A stretch of DNA of 64,000 nucleotides from assembly GCA_030149285.1 (NCBI GenBank), contig JASBRU010000003.1, forward strand, positions 1 to 64,000, in the 5' to 3' direction. Positions 18,066-27,394 of the stretch are shown here, piece after piece. The position numbers were made by a program, and so were the translations under genes. This stretch comes from Flavobacteriales bacterium. Its GTDB lineage: Bacteria > Bacteroidota > Bacteroidia > Flavobacteriales > JASBRU01. Below the pieces are notes generated by a model. The model was not told the DNA's origin. It searched no databases and worked only from the letters and a program-made list of their open reading frames with translations. Position 1 is the stretch's first letter; every line of letters starts with the position of its first letter.

Positions 18066-18459
18066 TACTAAGCCACTATCGATAATGCACATTGATGACA
18101 ATGATATCGATATATTTTTAACATCAAAGCTGCTCAAGATTTCTAAAATTACTGAGGATATAAACTCTTTTACAGTTGCCAAAAAAGCAGTTGAATATAT
18201 ACAAGAGAATGCTGGCGATAAATCTAAATTACCAAACCTTATATTGCTTGATATTCAGATGCCCGGAATGAATGGTTTTGATTTTTTAGATGAATTTGCA
18301 AAATTCCCGCAAGAGGTTATAGATTATATAGACATCTATATGCTATCTTCTACCATAGACCATAATGATTTAAGTAGAGCAAAAGAAAACCCACATGTAA
18401 TTAAAGTATTGCGTAAGCCTTTAGACGTAGATGCTTTAAAAGAAATGCTGGACTTATAA
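18058..18459 (+). CDS. Single-domain response-regulator receiver (CheY-like)
   Basis: IMHIDDNDIDIFL...LILLDIQMPGMNGFDFL...KPL: conserved acidic pocket, phospho-acceptor Asp and Lys. Overlaps the upstream gene by 8 nt. Confidence 0.8.
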   Translation: MSSTKPLSIMHIDDNDIDIFLTSKLLKISKITEDINSFTVAKKAVEYIQENAGDKSKLPNLILLDIQMPGMNGFDFLDEFAKFPQEVIDYIDIYMLSSTIDHNDLSRAKENPHVIKVLRKPLDVDALKEMLDL

Positions 18460-18462
18460 AGC

Positions 18463-19113
18463 CTATTTACTTGCAGTAATACAAAGCGATGTTAGTGTAA
18501 CTGTCTCACCATTATAAGTTGCCTCTTCTTTTTTAGTAAAACATTCAACATCTATAAAGCCTGCAGAAACTAATAAGTTTTTCGCGTCTTCACAGCTATA
18601 AAGTGTAAAGCCATGTTTGGTAAATTCAAACTCTTTAGATTCACTCTTAGGGCGTATACCTATACATAGTTTACCGCCTCGTTTAAGTACTCTATATACT
18701 TCTTCTGCTTCATCCAACGGGTTGTCCCAAAAGTATAGGGTGTTTACAGTAGCAATTTTATCAAAATTATTAGCAGGGTAGGGTATACTATCGGTTCCGG
18801 CAACTTTTAACTCTACCATACCCGATGCTACATATACTTTATTGTATTTAGTAGCCTCATCAACCATTGTCTCAGAAATATCTATACCTACAAAGTCAAT
18901 GTCATTAGCTGCATTAATAATAGATGGAATTAACTTTCCGTTACCAAAACCAATTTCCAAAACAACATCGCCGTCTTGTAAATCCATGTGGTCATATGTA
19001 AATTCACTTAATGCAAGGTTAGATTGGTTTAGCTCGTTAGCTAAAGTAATACCATATTCGCCTTCAGGTTTTCTTAGTTGTGCTGCTAATTCTTTTGGGT
19101 CAAAGTCTTCCAT
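18463..19113 (-). CDS. Class I SAM-dependent methyltransferase
   Basis: Motif I VLEIGFGNGKL, acidic residue after beta-2 (VGIDISETM), motif post-I/II pattern. 216 aa. Confidence 0.75.
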   Translation of the reverse strand: MEDFDPKELAAQLRKPEGEYGITLANELNQSNLALSEFTYDHMDLQDGDVVLEIGFGNGKLIPSIINAANDIDFVGIDISETMVDEATKYNKVYVASGMVELKVAGTDSIPYPANNFDKIATVNTLYFWDNPLDEAEEVYRVLKRGGKLCIGIRPKSESKEFEFTKHGFTLYSCEDAKNLLVSAGFIDVECFTKKEEATYNGETVTLTSLCITASK

Positions 19114-19117
19114 ACTA

Positions 19118-19516
19118 CTATTGTGTTTTACCCATTGCTTTTGCTACAAGGTAAGTGTCTGTATATTGGTCAAAAGTAGTTATTAAACCATCATAAAACT
19201 TATAAATATGGCTAAAATCTGCCTTCATGTTTTTACCGGTTTCTTTATTAGTCCCTTCATAATAACCTATAGCTATTATGTGATCTCCGGCATCTAAATA
19301 ATCGGTTACAACAGTTTTCCAGTTTTCCCAATAAAGCCCAAAAGGTTCAAAAACGTATTTAAATATATCATCAGCACCTATAGTAGTTCCGTTACCGGGT
19401 AAAAAGCCGGGCATTTGGTTCCACTCAATTTGTGGGTGAAATATTTTTCTAATCGTATCAGTGTCTTTTGCTGTAAAGGCTATGTAGAGTTTTTTAAGTG
19501 TATCTAGGTTAGTCAT
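19118..19516 (-). CDS. NTF2/SnoaL-like fold protein (hypothetical)
   Basis: 132-aa cytoplasmic protein with the alpha+beta cone pattern (IRKIFHPQIEW...YLDAGDHIIAIGYYEGT) typical of the SnoaL/ketosteroid-isomerase-like family. Weak. Confidence 0.45.
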   Translation of the reverse strand: MTNLDTLKKLYIAFTAKDTDTIRKIFHPQIEWNQMPGFLPGNGTTIGADDIFKYVFEPFGLYWENWKTVVTDYLDAGDHIIAIGYYEGTNKETGKNMKADFSHIYKFYDGLITTFDQYTDTYLVAKAMGKTQ

Positions 19517-20177
19517 GCGTATCGATTTCTATTTTTTCAATAGCACCATTAACAATTCTATAAGCTGAAGGTTCTCTATTTTTTTTATAATTGATATCAT
19601 CGGTATCACATTCAATGGCTCCAACTTCAATTATATTATCTACAAAACTTATAGTACGAGTACAAGCTGAGGATTCACTTTCATTGCGTTCTTCATTAAA
19701 CCAGCCGAAGTATTCACTGTAAATAGCTTTAAACAATAAATTAGGGTTATCTTCAGAAATACTCCATACTTGGTACCATTTATAATTTGCACCACTTCTG
19801 GTACCATTTTCTTGATAATCAAACTTCAATACAAGTAGTTGAGTATGTATTTCATCATCAAGTGAAATAAATTGATAATTGAACTGTTCAAACGGTCCAT
19901 AGTTTACATTGAAAAAAGCAATTGAAAATACTGTGCTTTTGTTTTTAATGAGGAGAATGTTTTCTCTGTCAAAATAATGTACACTATCATTTATGGCATT
20001 ATTTCTATTGGGGTATAATGCTATTAGTTTCGCCTTTGCACTATCATACGATTCATAAAACTGCGGTTTAATATCCCACCCATCCGGATTATTAATACCA
20101 ATGAAACCTATTTCAGAATTTTGTCCGTATGAACATAGCGTTGTAAAAAGAGTTAAAAGGAGTAGTGAATATTTCAT
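19509..20177 (-). CDS. Hypothetical secreted/lipoprotein
   Basis: Likely start MKYSLLLLTLFTTLCSYGQ (signal peptide with Cys), which shortens the ORF-track call by 6 codons. No recognisable domain. Confidence 0.5.
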   Translation of the reverse strand: MKYSLLLLTLFTTLCSYGQNSEIGFIGINNPDGWDIKPQFYESYDSAKAKLIALYPNRNNAINDSVHYFDRENILLIKNKSTVFSIAFFNVNYGPFEQFNYQFISLDDEIHTQLLVLKFDYQENGTRSGANYKWYQVWSISEDNPNLLFKAIYSEYFGWFNEERNESESSACTRTISFVDNIIEVGAIECDTDDINYKKNREPSAYRIVNGAIEKIEIDTHD

Positions 20178-20247
20178 GGTAGATTGTTTGGACAAACATA
20201 ATCAATAATTAAACCAAACCATTATATTTACAGCAAAGCACGTTTTT

Positions 20248-21126
20248 ATGGAACACCTAAAAAACAGACCCTCATTTCCTTTTGAAACAATAGCTACGGC
20301 TCTTGCTTTTTCACCTCGTATAGAAGGTGTATTGGGCGAGGGAAAGAGATTGGCAGATTTATTTGGGGCACATTTTGTATTGATACATGTAGGGCAAAAA
20401 ACAGATTTAAAACAGCAGAAGCTGAATAAACTGTTTGAAAAGTTTGGCTTAAATGATCAGAACTGTTCTGTGATATGGAGAGAAGGGAAGCCTGAAAAAG
20501 TAATATTAGAAACCTGTAAAGAACGTGCTGTAGATTTATTGCTATTAGGTGCTTTGGTTAAAGAAAAGGGGCTCAACTATTATTTGGGTTCTGTAGCACG
20601 TACCATTAGTCGTAAGGCAAAAACGTCTGTACTTTTACTAACTGACCCAAAACCTAAACCGGAACCTTTTACTAGAATTGCTGTAACAGGTATTGATAAT
20701 CCTAAAACACCAAATACTATTGCTACGGCAGTATACTGGGCTAAGCATGAAAAGGCTGAGGAGTTATATGTAGTAAAAGAAATTTACTTACCGGGTGTAA
20801 ACCTAGGTATGGCAGATAGTACTACCGATAAGGAAATGGCCGACATGAGGGATAAGTACGCCAAAAAAGCTACTGAAAGATGTAATACCATTATACAGTC
20901 TATACCTAACGTAGAAAACATTGATATTAAGAATAGAGTAATTTTTGGAAAGCCGGGACATAGTATTAGCAATTTTGCCAGAGCTAAAAGCTCAGACTTA
21001 TTGGTGGTAAATGCACCTGATAAAAGTTTGGGCTGGTTAGATAGGTTGTTTCCGCATGATTTAGAGCATATCTTGTCAGATATGCCTTGTAATGTATTAA
21101 TAGTTCACACAAGAGGGATAAAGTAG
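20248..21126 (+). CDS. Universal stress protein (tandem UspA domains)
   Basis: Two Usp-like halves: VLIHVGQK...LLLGALVKEKG...GSVARTISRKAKTSVLLL and a second domain ending VLIVH. 292 aa is typical for tandem Usp. Confidence 0.75.
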   Translation: MEHLKNRPSFPFETIATALAFSPRIEGVLGEGKRLADLFGAHFVLIHVGQKTDLKQQKLNKLFEKFGLNDQNCSVIWREGKPEKVILETCKERAVDLLLLGALVKEKGLNYYLGSVARTISRKAKTSVLLLTDPKPKPEPFTRIAVTGIDNPKTPNTIATAVYWAKHEKAEELYVVKEIYLPGVNLGMADSTTDKEMADMRDKYAKKATERCNTIIQSIPNVENIDIKNRVIFGKPGHSISNFARAKSSDLLVVNAPDKSLGWLDRLFPHDLEHILSDMPCNVLIVHTRGIK

Positions 21127-21127
21127 T

Positions 21128-22384
21128 ATGGGTAAATTAAGTCATCATGATATTATTGCGTTTTTAATAGCTATTGCTGTTATGCTTATATTTTCTAGGC
21201 TAGCTGCAGAGGCTGTAAAGCGTATAAAAATGCCCATCGTTTTAGGCGAAATATTAGTAGGAATTATATTAGGACCTACTGTATTTGGCGCTATTTCTCC
21301 CGAAGCATTTGACTCTATATTTCCGTTTGTTTTAGATGCAGCAGGACATCATGATTTATCTATAGCCATGGATATGATTATTACCCTGTCTATTATTATG
21401 CTGCTCTTTGTGGCAGGGATGGAGGTAGAGCTCCCATTGGTTGTAGAACAAGGAAAAGCTGCTTTATCTATTACCCTGTTCAGTATGATAGTACCTATAG
21501 GTGTTGGTTATGCTGCTGTATGGTATTTACCGGATTATTTAGGTATAGCACCTGAAACAGATAAAGTAGTCTATGCCTTTTTTATTGGAGTAGTGCTATC
21601 TATAACCGCATTGCCTGTAATTGCAAGGATACTTATGGATATGGGCATATTTAAGTCTAGAGTAGGGATGACTATTATTGCATCTGCCATGTTTGTAGAT
21701 ATGCTCGGTTGGTTAATATTCTCAGTACTACTTACTTATATTGATACAGGACATGAAGGAAAGGGCTTAACTTATATCATAACAGCAATACTCATATTTG
21801 GTGCCTTTATGCTTACTATAGGCTCTAAACTTATTAATAAGGCTTTGCCATGGGTTCAAACCAAGTTTTCTTGGCCTGGCGGCGTATTAGCTTTGGCATT
21901 AGGCTTATGTTTTTTAGGAGCCGCTTTTACAGAGTATATAGGCATCCACTCCATTTTAGGTGCTTTTATAGTGGGTATTGCCTTTGGAGACTCTGCAAAT
22001 CTGCGTAGCAGAACTAGAGAGATTATTGAGCACTTTGTAACCAATGTGTTTGCACCCTTGTTTTTTGTGTCTATTGGTTTATATGTAAACTTTATTGAGA
22101 GTTTTAATATACAGCTGGTACTTGCATTTATTGTTTTAGGATACATTACCAAAATTGGTGGGGCAGTTATTGGTGCAAGGTTAGGTGGTTTAAAAGGCAA
22201 TAATATGTGGTCGGTAGGTATGGCAATGAATACGCACGGTGCATTAGAAATAATTTTAGGAACTATAGCCTTAAATGCTGGCTTTATAAGCCAAGAAGTT
22301 TTTGTTGCTATTGTTATCTTTGTAATAATGTCTATTATTACGGCAGCGCCTACACTAAAGCCATTTATTGAATCAAAAAAATAA
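21128..22384 (+). CDS. Cation:proton antiporter (CPA1/CPA2 Na+/H+ exchanger family)
   Basis: ~12 TM helices, LGEILVGIILGPTVFG opening helix and GLCFLGAAFTEYIGIHSILGAFIVGIAFG core motif of the Na_H_Exchanger family. Confidence 0.8.
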   Translation: MGKLSHHDIIAFLIAIAVMLIFSRLAAEAVKRIKMPIVLGEILVGIILGPTVFGAISPEAFDSIFPFVLDAAGHHDLSIAMDMIITLSIIMLLFVAGMEVELPLVVEQGKAALSITLFSMIVPIGVGYAAVWYLPDYLGIAPETDKVVYAFFIGVVLSITALPVIARILMDMGIFKSRVGMTIIASAMFVDMLGWLIFSVLLTYIDTGHEGKGLTYIITAILIFGAFMLTIGSKLINKALPWVQTKFSWPGGVLALALGLCFLGAAFTEYIGIHSILGAFIVGIAFGDSANLRSRTREIIEHFVTNVFAPLFFVSIGLYVNFIESFNIQLVLAFIVLGYITKIGGAVIGARLGGLKGNNMWSVGMAMNTHGALEIILGTIALNAGFISQEVFVAIVIFVIMSIITAAPTLKPFIESKK

Positions 22385-22385
22385 T

Positions 22386-22967
22386 ATGTTAGGACTTAAA
22401 CTCCCAACGGACCCTAGATGGGCAAACATAGCTGAAAAGAATATTGAAGAAATTTTAACCGATCATGCTTTTTGCGAGCAAAAAGCTGCGTCTACAGCTA
22501 TTTCCTTTATTGTTACTTACCCCGAAGAAACAGAACTTGTAAAAGAAATGGGAGCCTTAGCCAGAGAAGAAATGAGCCATTTTGAGATGGTTCATAAAGA
22601 GATTAGAGAGAGGGGCTATAATTTAGGTAGAGAAAGAAAAGATGAATACGTACAAAAAATAACCGCATTTTTCCCTCATGAGGGTGATAGAATGAAGCGT
22701 TTGGTAAATAGGCTGCTCATAGCCGCTTTAATAGAAGCCAGAAGCTGTGAACGCTTTAAAGTACTCTCTGAGAATATTGCTGATAAAGAATTGGCAGAGT
22801 TTTACAGAAAATTGATGGTGAGCGAAGCAAACCATTATACACTATTTATAAAGTTTGCCAGAGATTATGGTAATAGGGAAGAGGTTGATCAAAAATGGCA
22901 GGCGTTATTGGACTATGAGGCAGAATTGATGAAAAATTTTGGTAACAAAGAATATATACACGGCTAG
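22386..22967 (+). CDS. miaE: tRNA-(ms2io6A)-hydroxylase MiaE-like ferritin-fold di-iron protein
   Basis: Two E...ExxH di-iron motifs (REEMSHFE and SEANHY) in a ~195-aa all-helical protein. Start moved to the internal MLGLKLPTDPRW to remove a 17-nt overlap with the antiporter gene. Confidence 0.55.
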   Translation: MLGLKLPTDPRWANIAEKNIEEILTDHAFCEQKAASTAISFIVTYPEETELVKEMGALAREEMSHFEMVHKEIRERGYNLGRERKDEYVQKITAFFPHEGDRMKRLVNRLLIAALIEARSCERFKVLSENIADKELAEFYRKLMVSEANHYTLFIKFARDYGNREEVDQKWQALLDYEAELMKNFGNKEYIHG

Positions 22968-23007
22968 TTTTCTACTTTTGCAGCACTAAAAATTATACAC
23001 ATACTAA

Positions 23008-24078
23008 ATGAAGAATACAGCACTTACACACGTACACGAAAAGATTGGCGCAAAGATGGTTCCTTTTGCAGGTTATAATATGCCTGTACAATATGAAGGC
23101 GTAAATGCAGAACACTTAAATGTTAGAGAAAACGTAGGTGTTTTTGATGTATCTCATATGGGAGAGTTTTTTGTAAGAGGTCCTAAAGCATTAGACTTAA
23201 TACAAAAAATCACATCTAACGATGCCTCAAAATTAGTAGATGGTAAGGTGCAGTATTCTTGTTTTCCTAACAATGATGGTGGTATAGTAGATGATTTATT
23301 GGTATACCGCATTAGTGAAGAGGAGTATATGCTGGTAGTTAACGGTGCTAACCTAGATAAAGACTGGGCATGGGTAAACGAGCAAAATACCATGGGTGCT
23401 GAGTTAGATAACCAATCTGATAATATATCGTTATTGGCTGTTCAAGGGCCAAAAACTATAGAAGCCTTACAACCTTTAACAGATGTAGACTTGTCTGCTA
23501 TAACCTATTATACGTTTGTAAAAGGAACTTTTGCAGGTGTTGATAATGTTATTATTTCAGCTACAGGTTATACAGGTGCCGGAGGTTTTGAGTTATACTT
23601 CCCTAATGAGGTTGCTGAAACTATGTGGGATGCAGTTATAAATGCTGGAGCTGTAGCTACAGGTTTAGCAGCTAGAGATACATTGCGTTTAGAAATGGGC
23701 TTTTGCTTGTATGGCAATGATATTGATGATACAACATCTCCATTAGAAGCTGGCTTAGGTTGGATAACTAAATTTACCAAAGACTTTGTAAACTCTGAGG
23801 CTCTACAGGCTCAGAAAGAAGCCGGTGTTACCAGAAAGTTGGTTGGTTTTGAATTAGTTGATAAAGGTATTCCGCGTCATGATTATTTAATAAATGATGT
23901 CAATGGAAATGAAATAGGTAAAGTTACTTCGGGTACAATGTCTCCTTCTTTAAAGAAAGCAATTGGTATGGGCTATGTAACTAAAGAAAATGCAGCGCCT
24001 GATACCGAAATATTTATTGAAGTGCGAAACAAACAATTAAAAGCAAAAGTAGTAAAGCTTCCTTTTTATAAAGGATAA
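23008..24078 (+). CDS. gcvT: Glycine cleavage system aminomethyltransferase T
   Basis: N-terminus [28 protein letters not shown] and 356-aa length match GcvT. Central folate-binding and C-terminal barrel regions are present. Confidence 0.9.
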   Translation: MKNTALTHVHEKIGAKMVPFAGYNMPVQYEGVNAEHLNVRENVGVFDVSHMGEFFVRGPKALDLIQKITSNDASKLVDGKVQYSCFPNNDGGIVDDLLVYRISEEEYMLVVNGANLDKDWAWVNEQNTMGAELDNQSDNISLLAVQGPKTIEALQPLTDVDLSAITYYTFVKGTFAGVDNVIISATGYTGAGGFELYFPNEVAETMWDAVINAGAVATGLAARDTLRLEMGFCLYGNDIDDTTSPLEAGLGWITKFTKDFVNSEALQAQKEAGVTRKLVGFELVDKGIPRHDYLINDVNGNEIGKVTSGTMSPSLKKAIGMGYVTKENAAPDTEIFIEVRNKQLKAKVVKLPFYKG

Positions 24079-24097
24079 GCCATTATCATATAAAGTA

Positions 24098-24127
24098 AAA
24101 AGCCCGCTTATAGCGGGCTTTTTTATG
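24098..24127. terminator. Bidirectional terminator between convergent gcvT and GAPDH genes
   Basis: AAAAGCCCGC-TTAT-AGCGGGCTTTTTT: perfect 10-bp stem with A-run/T-run on either side. Confidence 0.6.
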
Positions 24128-24142
24128 GTTTAGAGTTACTGA

Positions 24143-25606
24143 TTAATAGTAACGTAATCTGCGTACTTTAGAAATGTGTTTAGCTAAACGCATTACCTGA
24201 CGAGAGTATCCATACTCATTATCATACCATACATATAACACTAAATTATGACCATCTGCAGATACAATTGTTGCAGGGCTATCAAAGATAGAAGGGCAAG
24301 AGTTACCCACAATATCAGAAGATACAAGTTCTTGAGACATTGAGTACATAATTTGCTCTACCATATCACCTGATAATGCATAGTTGCGCATCAATTCATT
24401 TACATCTTCTTTTGTTACTTGTTTTTCAACAGTAAGGTTTAAGATTGCTAATGAACCGTTAGGAGTAGGAACACGGATAGCATTAGAAGTTAGTTTGCCT
24501 TCTAATGATGGAACAGCTTTAGTTACAGCTTTTCCGGCACCTGTTTCAGTAATTACCATGTTTACAGCAGCAGCTCTACCTCTTCGGTATTTTTTGTGCA
24601 TGTTATCAACCAAGTTTTGGTCGTTGGTGTAAGCATGTATTGTTTCAATATGTCCTTTAACAACTTTTAGGTTGTCTTCAATTACTTTTAATACAGGAGT
24701 AATAGCATTTGTAGTACAAGATGCAGCAGAGAAAATATCATACTCATCTGGGCTGTATAATGCTTGGTTTACACCGTGTACAATGTTTGGTATTTCTTTA
24801 CCTGGTGCAGTTAATAATACTTTGTGCGCACCTTTTGCTGACAAGTGACGACTTAAGGCAGCTTTATCTGTAAACACACCTGTGTTATCCATAATTAAAG
24901 CATCATTAATACCATAAGAAGTATAATCAATATCTTCTGGATTATTAGCTGCAATCATATGGATACGGTGTCCGTTAATGATTAAGCAGTTGTTTTCTGA
25001 ATCTGCTTCTACAGTACCTGGGAAAGCACCGTGCACAGAATCCATACGTAATAAAGAAGCACGTTTTGTTAATGATAATTCATCATTAGAACGTGTAACA
25101 ATTGCACGTAAACGCATTTGCTCTCCTTTACCTTCTTGTGCCATTAGCTCACGAGCTAATAAACGACCAATTCTACCAAAACCATAAAGAACTACATCTT
25201 TCGGTTTTAGGTTGATTTTTTTGTCTTGGCCTATAAAGCTTCCTAGCTTTGAGTGAATAAATGCAGAAAGGCTTTCGTGTGCATCTTTCTCACCTAACCA
25301 TTCGGTAGTTATTTTACCGATGTCCATACGAGCTGGGGCTATATCAGTATTTTCTAATGCTCTTGCAACCTCAAGAGTATCATAGATGGTAATACTTTTG
25401 CCAACTATTTTGCGGGCATAGTCATGAAAACTTAAAATCTCGCTTACGCGTTGGTCAATCAGTTGGTTTCTGAATAAAACAACCTCAATCCCTTTGTCTA
25501 GCCACAAGTCGCTGATGCATTTGATAAATTCAACAGCCGCTTTTTCTTGCTCAATGCGGTTTGACAACTCCTTTTCGTACGTTTCAGGTGAATTAGTAAC
25601 TAACAT
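24143..25606 (-). CDS. gap: Glyceraldehyde-3-phosphate dehydrogenase with ~140-aa N-terminal extension
   Basis: Rossmann start VVLYGFGRIGRLLAREL at residue ~140, catalytic ASCTTNAITPVLKV (active-site Cys), C-terminal WYDNEYGYS. 487 aa versus ~335 aa for canonical GAPDH. Confidence 0.85.
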   Translation of the reverse strand: MLVTNSPETYEKELSNRIEQEKAAVEFIKCISDLWLDKGIEVVLFRNQLIDQRVSEILSFHDYARKIVGKSITIYDTLEVARALENTDIAPARMDIGKITTEWLGEKDAHESLSAFIHSKLGSFIGQDKKINLKPKDVVLYGFGRIGRLLARELMAQEGKGEQMRLRAIVTRSNDELSLTKRASLLRMDSVHGAFPGTVEADSENNCLIINGHRIHMIAANNPEDIDYTSYGINDALIMDNTGVFTDKAALSRHLSAKGAHKVLLTAPGKEIPNIVHGVNQALYSPDEYDIFSAASCTTNAITPVLKVIEDNLKVVKGHIETIHAYTNDQNLVDNMHKKYRRGRAAAVNMVITETGAGKAVTKAVPSLEGKLTSNAIRVPTPNGSLAILNLTVEKQVTKEDVNELMRNYALSGDMVEQIMYSMSQELVSSDIVGNSCPSIFDSPATIVSADGHNLVLYVWYDNEYGYSRQVMRLAKHISKVRRLRYY

Positions 25607-25675
25607 TTCTTTTTACAATAGAGTTAATAATCCTGCAAAATTAGCCCAATTGCTTTGATTGGCAAAATGTTAGTA

Positions 25676-25706
25676 CACAAAAAAAGGCCCTCATTTTGAG
25701 AGCCTT
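25676..25706 (-). terminator. Terminator of the htrA-like gene (minus strand)
   Basis: Read on the minus strand: GGCTCTCAAAATGAGGGCC hairpin followed by TTTTTTT. Confidence 0.5.
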
Positions 25707-25730
25707 TGTATATAAGGAGTATACTGTAGT

Positions 25731-27167
25731 TTATTTACCAAAAGCGTAGTATCCTGCTTTGCCATTTGGGTGGTAACCTTCTACCAAAACAGCTGCTCCG
25801 CTTTCAATTTCATTCATATAGTTTATAATGTCTTCTTTTTTATTTACTGTCTTATGATTGATTTTGGTAACAATAAAGCCTTCTGCAATACCCACTCTTC
25901 TAAACTTGCCATTGTATACCTTTTCAACTTTAACGCCATTTTTTATACCTAGTTTGGTTTTTTCTTCATTATCAATCTCGATAAAATCAGCACCAAGCAC
26001 AGAGTATATGTCATTTTCCGCTTTTGTTACAACATTTGTATTGCCCGACAGATTTTTAAGGGTCACATCAAAAGTTTTTAGAGCCCCATTACGGCTTACC
26101 TCAACTTTTACAATGTCTCCGGGGCGTTTTGTACCAATATGCTCTTGTAGTTCAGAGCTTTTGCTTACTGGAGATCCATCAACACCAACAATAATATCAC
26201 CCTCTTTAATCCCTGCGTCTTTTGCTCCACCGTTTTCATTTACACCACCAATATATATACCCTTTACATTATCTATTTTCAATTGGCCTGCAATTTCGGC
26301 ATTCAAATCGCCAATAGTAACTCCTAAAAGGGCACGTTGTACGGTTCCAAATTCTAATAAATCATCTACTACCTTTTTTACCATATTAGAGGGTACTGCA
26401 AAAGAGTAGCCTTCAAAAGAGCCCGTATGTGTAGAGATGGCTGTGTTTATACCAACAAGCTGACCATCTACATTTACCAATGCACCACCACTGTTACCTG
26501 GGTTTACTACGGCATCAGTTTGTATAAAAGACTCAATACCCATATTGTCTTCAATAATATCTATATCTCTACTTTTTGCACTTACAATACCGGCAGTTAC
26601 AGTAGAGTTTAAGTTAAACGGATTACCAACTGCAAGCACCCATTCTCCAACCTTTATTTTATCAGAGTTATCAAATGAAATAATAGGTAAGTCTTGCTCA
26701 TCTATTTTTATCAAAGCAATATCTGTCATTGGGTCTGTACCAATAATTGTTGCTGTATAAGATCTATTATCATTAAGTGTAACCTCTACCTTTTCGGCAT
26801 TTTCAACTACATGGTTGTTGGTTACTATATAACCGTCATTAGAAATAATCACACCAGATCCACTAGATATTGAGGGTTGAGAGTAAGCTCTGCCACGTCC
26901 CCAAAATAAATCTTCAAGCATACTATAATTGTTGTTTTGCGCCGGATAAATAGTTTTTACGTGTACCACGGCATTTACAGACATCTCTGCTGCAAAAGTA
27001 AAATCCATATTTGGAGCTATAGGGCTGTTTGAAGTCCTTTGCGCATAAGATTGATTAGCTTGGTTGGTAAAAACAACTGTAGGCTCATTAAAAAATGCTG
27101 TAAAAGCCCATAAACTCAGAGCTCCACCAAGTACAGATGCTACTAGTAAACTACTTAATTTCTTCAT
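25731..27167 (-). CDS. htrA: Do/HtrA/DegP-family periplasmic serine endopeptidase with two PDZ domains
   Basis: Signal peptide, catalytic triad context (HVVENA...DIALIKI...) with GNSGGALVN serine motif, followed by two PDZ-like blocks. 478 aa. Confidence 0.88.
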   Translation of the reverse strand: MKKLSSLLVASVLGGALSLWAFTAFFNEPTVVFTNQANQSYAQRTSNSPIAPNMDFTFAAEMSVNAVVHVKTIYPAQNNNYSMLEDLFWGRGRAYSQPSISSGSGVIISNDGYIVTNNHVVENAEKVEVTLNDNRSYTATIIGTDPMTDIALIKIDEQDLPIISFDNSDKIKVGEWVLAVGNPFNLNSTVTAGIVSAKSRDIDIIEDNMGIESFIQTDAVVNPGNSGGALVNVDGQLVGINTAISTHTGSFEGYSFAVPSNMVKKVVDDLLEFGTVQRALLGVTIGDLNAEIAGQLKIDNVKGIYIGGVNENGGAKDAGIKEGDIIVGVDGSPVSKSSELQEHIGTKRPGDIVKVEVSRNGALKTFDVTLKNLSGNTNVVTKAENDIYSVLGADFIEIDNEEKTKLGIKNGVKVEKVYNGKFRRVGIAEGFIVTKINHKTVNKKEDIINYMNEIESGAAVLVEGYHPNGKAGYYAFGK

Positions 27168-27255
27168 TTTAATCTGAATGTTATGGTTTGTAAATCGATT
27201 AATTAATTCAATAATATCAACTCAAAAACTGTTCCAGTACATCATTTGTTGTATT

Positions 27256-27320
27256 ACTGACAGGACTTTAACAAGATTTTAACATTTTGCTGTCATAATT
27301 AATGACAATTAACTGACAGT
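27256..27320. promoter_or_regulatory. Repeated TGACAG/CTGTCA motifs in the divergent htrA / dapF promoter region (candidate operator)
   Basis: CTGACAG (27258-27264), CTGTCAT (27291-27297, inverted), TGACAA (27304-27309), CTGACAG (27314-27320): four copies of one hexamer core within 65 nt. Confidence 0.25.
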
Positions 27321-27394
27321 ATTGTTACACCTCATGTATTACCTTTGCAGGTATAGGTATTAAATTTACGTATTTTCGTAGGAAGATTGAAAAA

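Noticed and set aside
22968-23007. Glycine riboswitch upstream of gcvT
   Set aside because: The intergenic space is only ~40 nt, too short for a glycine riboswitch aptamer. gcvT appears to follow the miaE-like gene directly.
25858-26409. 183-aa ORF antisense to htrA (also 438-680, 778-1104, 4056-4289, 13509-13751, 16345-16560, 21856-22200, 53879-54259, 55885-56109 and similar)
   Set aside because: Each is wholly embedded antisense or out-of-frame within a well-supported gene and has low-complexity composition. These are typical shadow ORFs.
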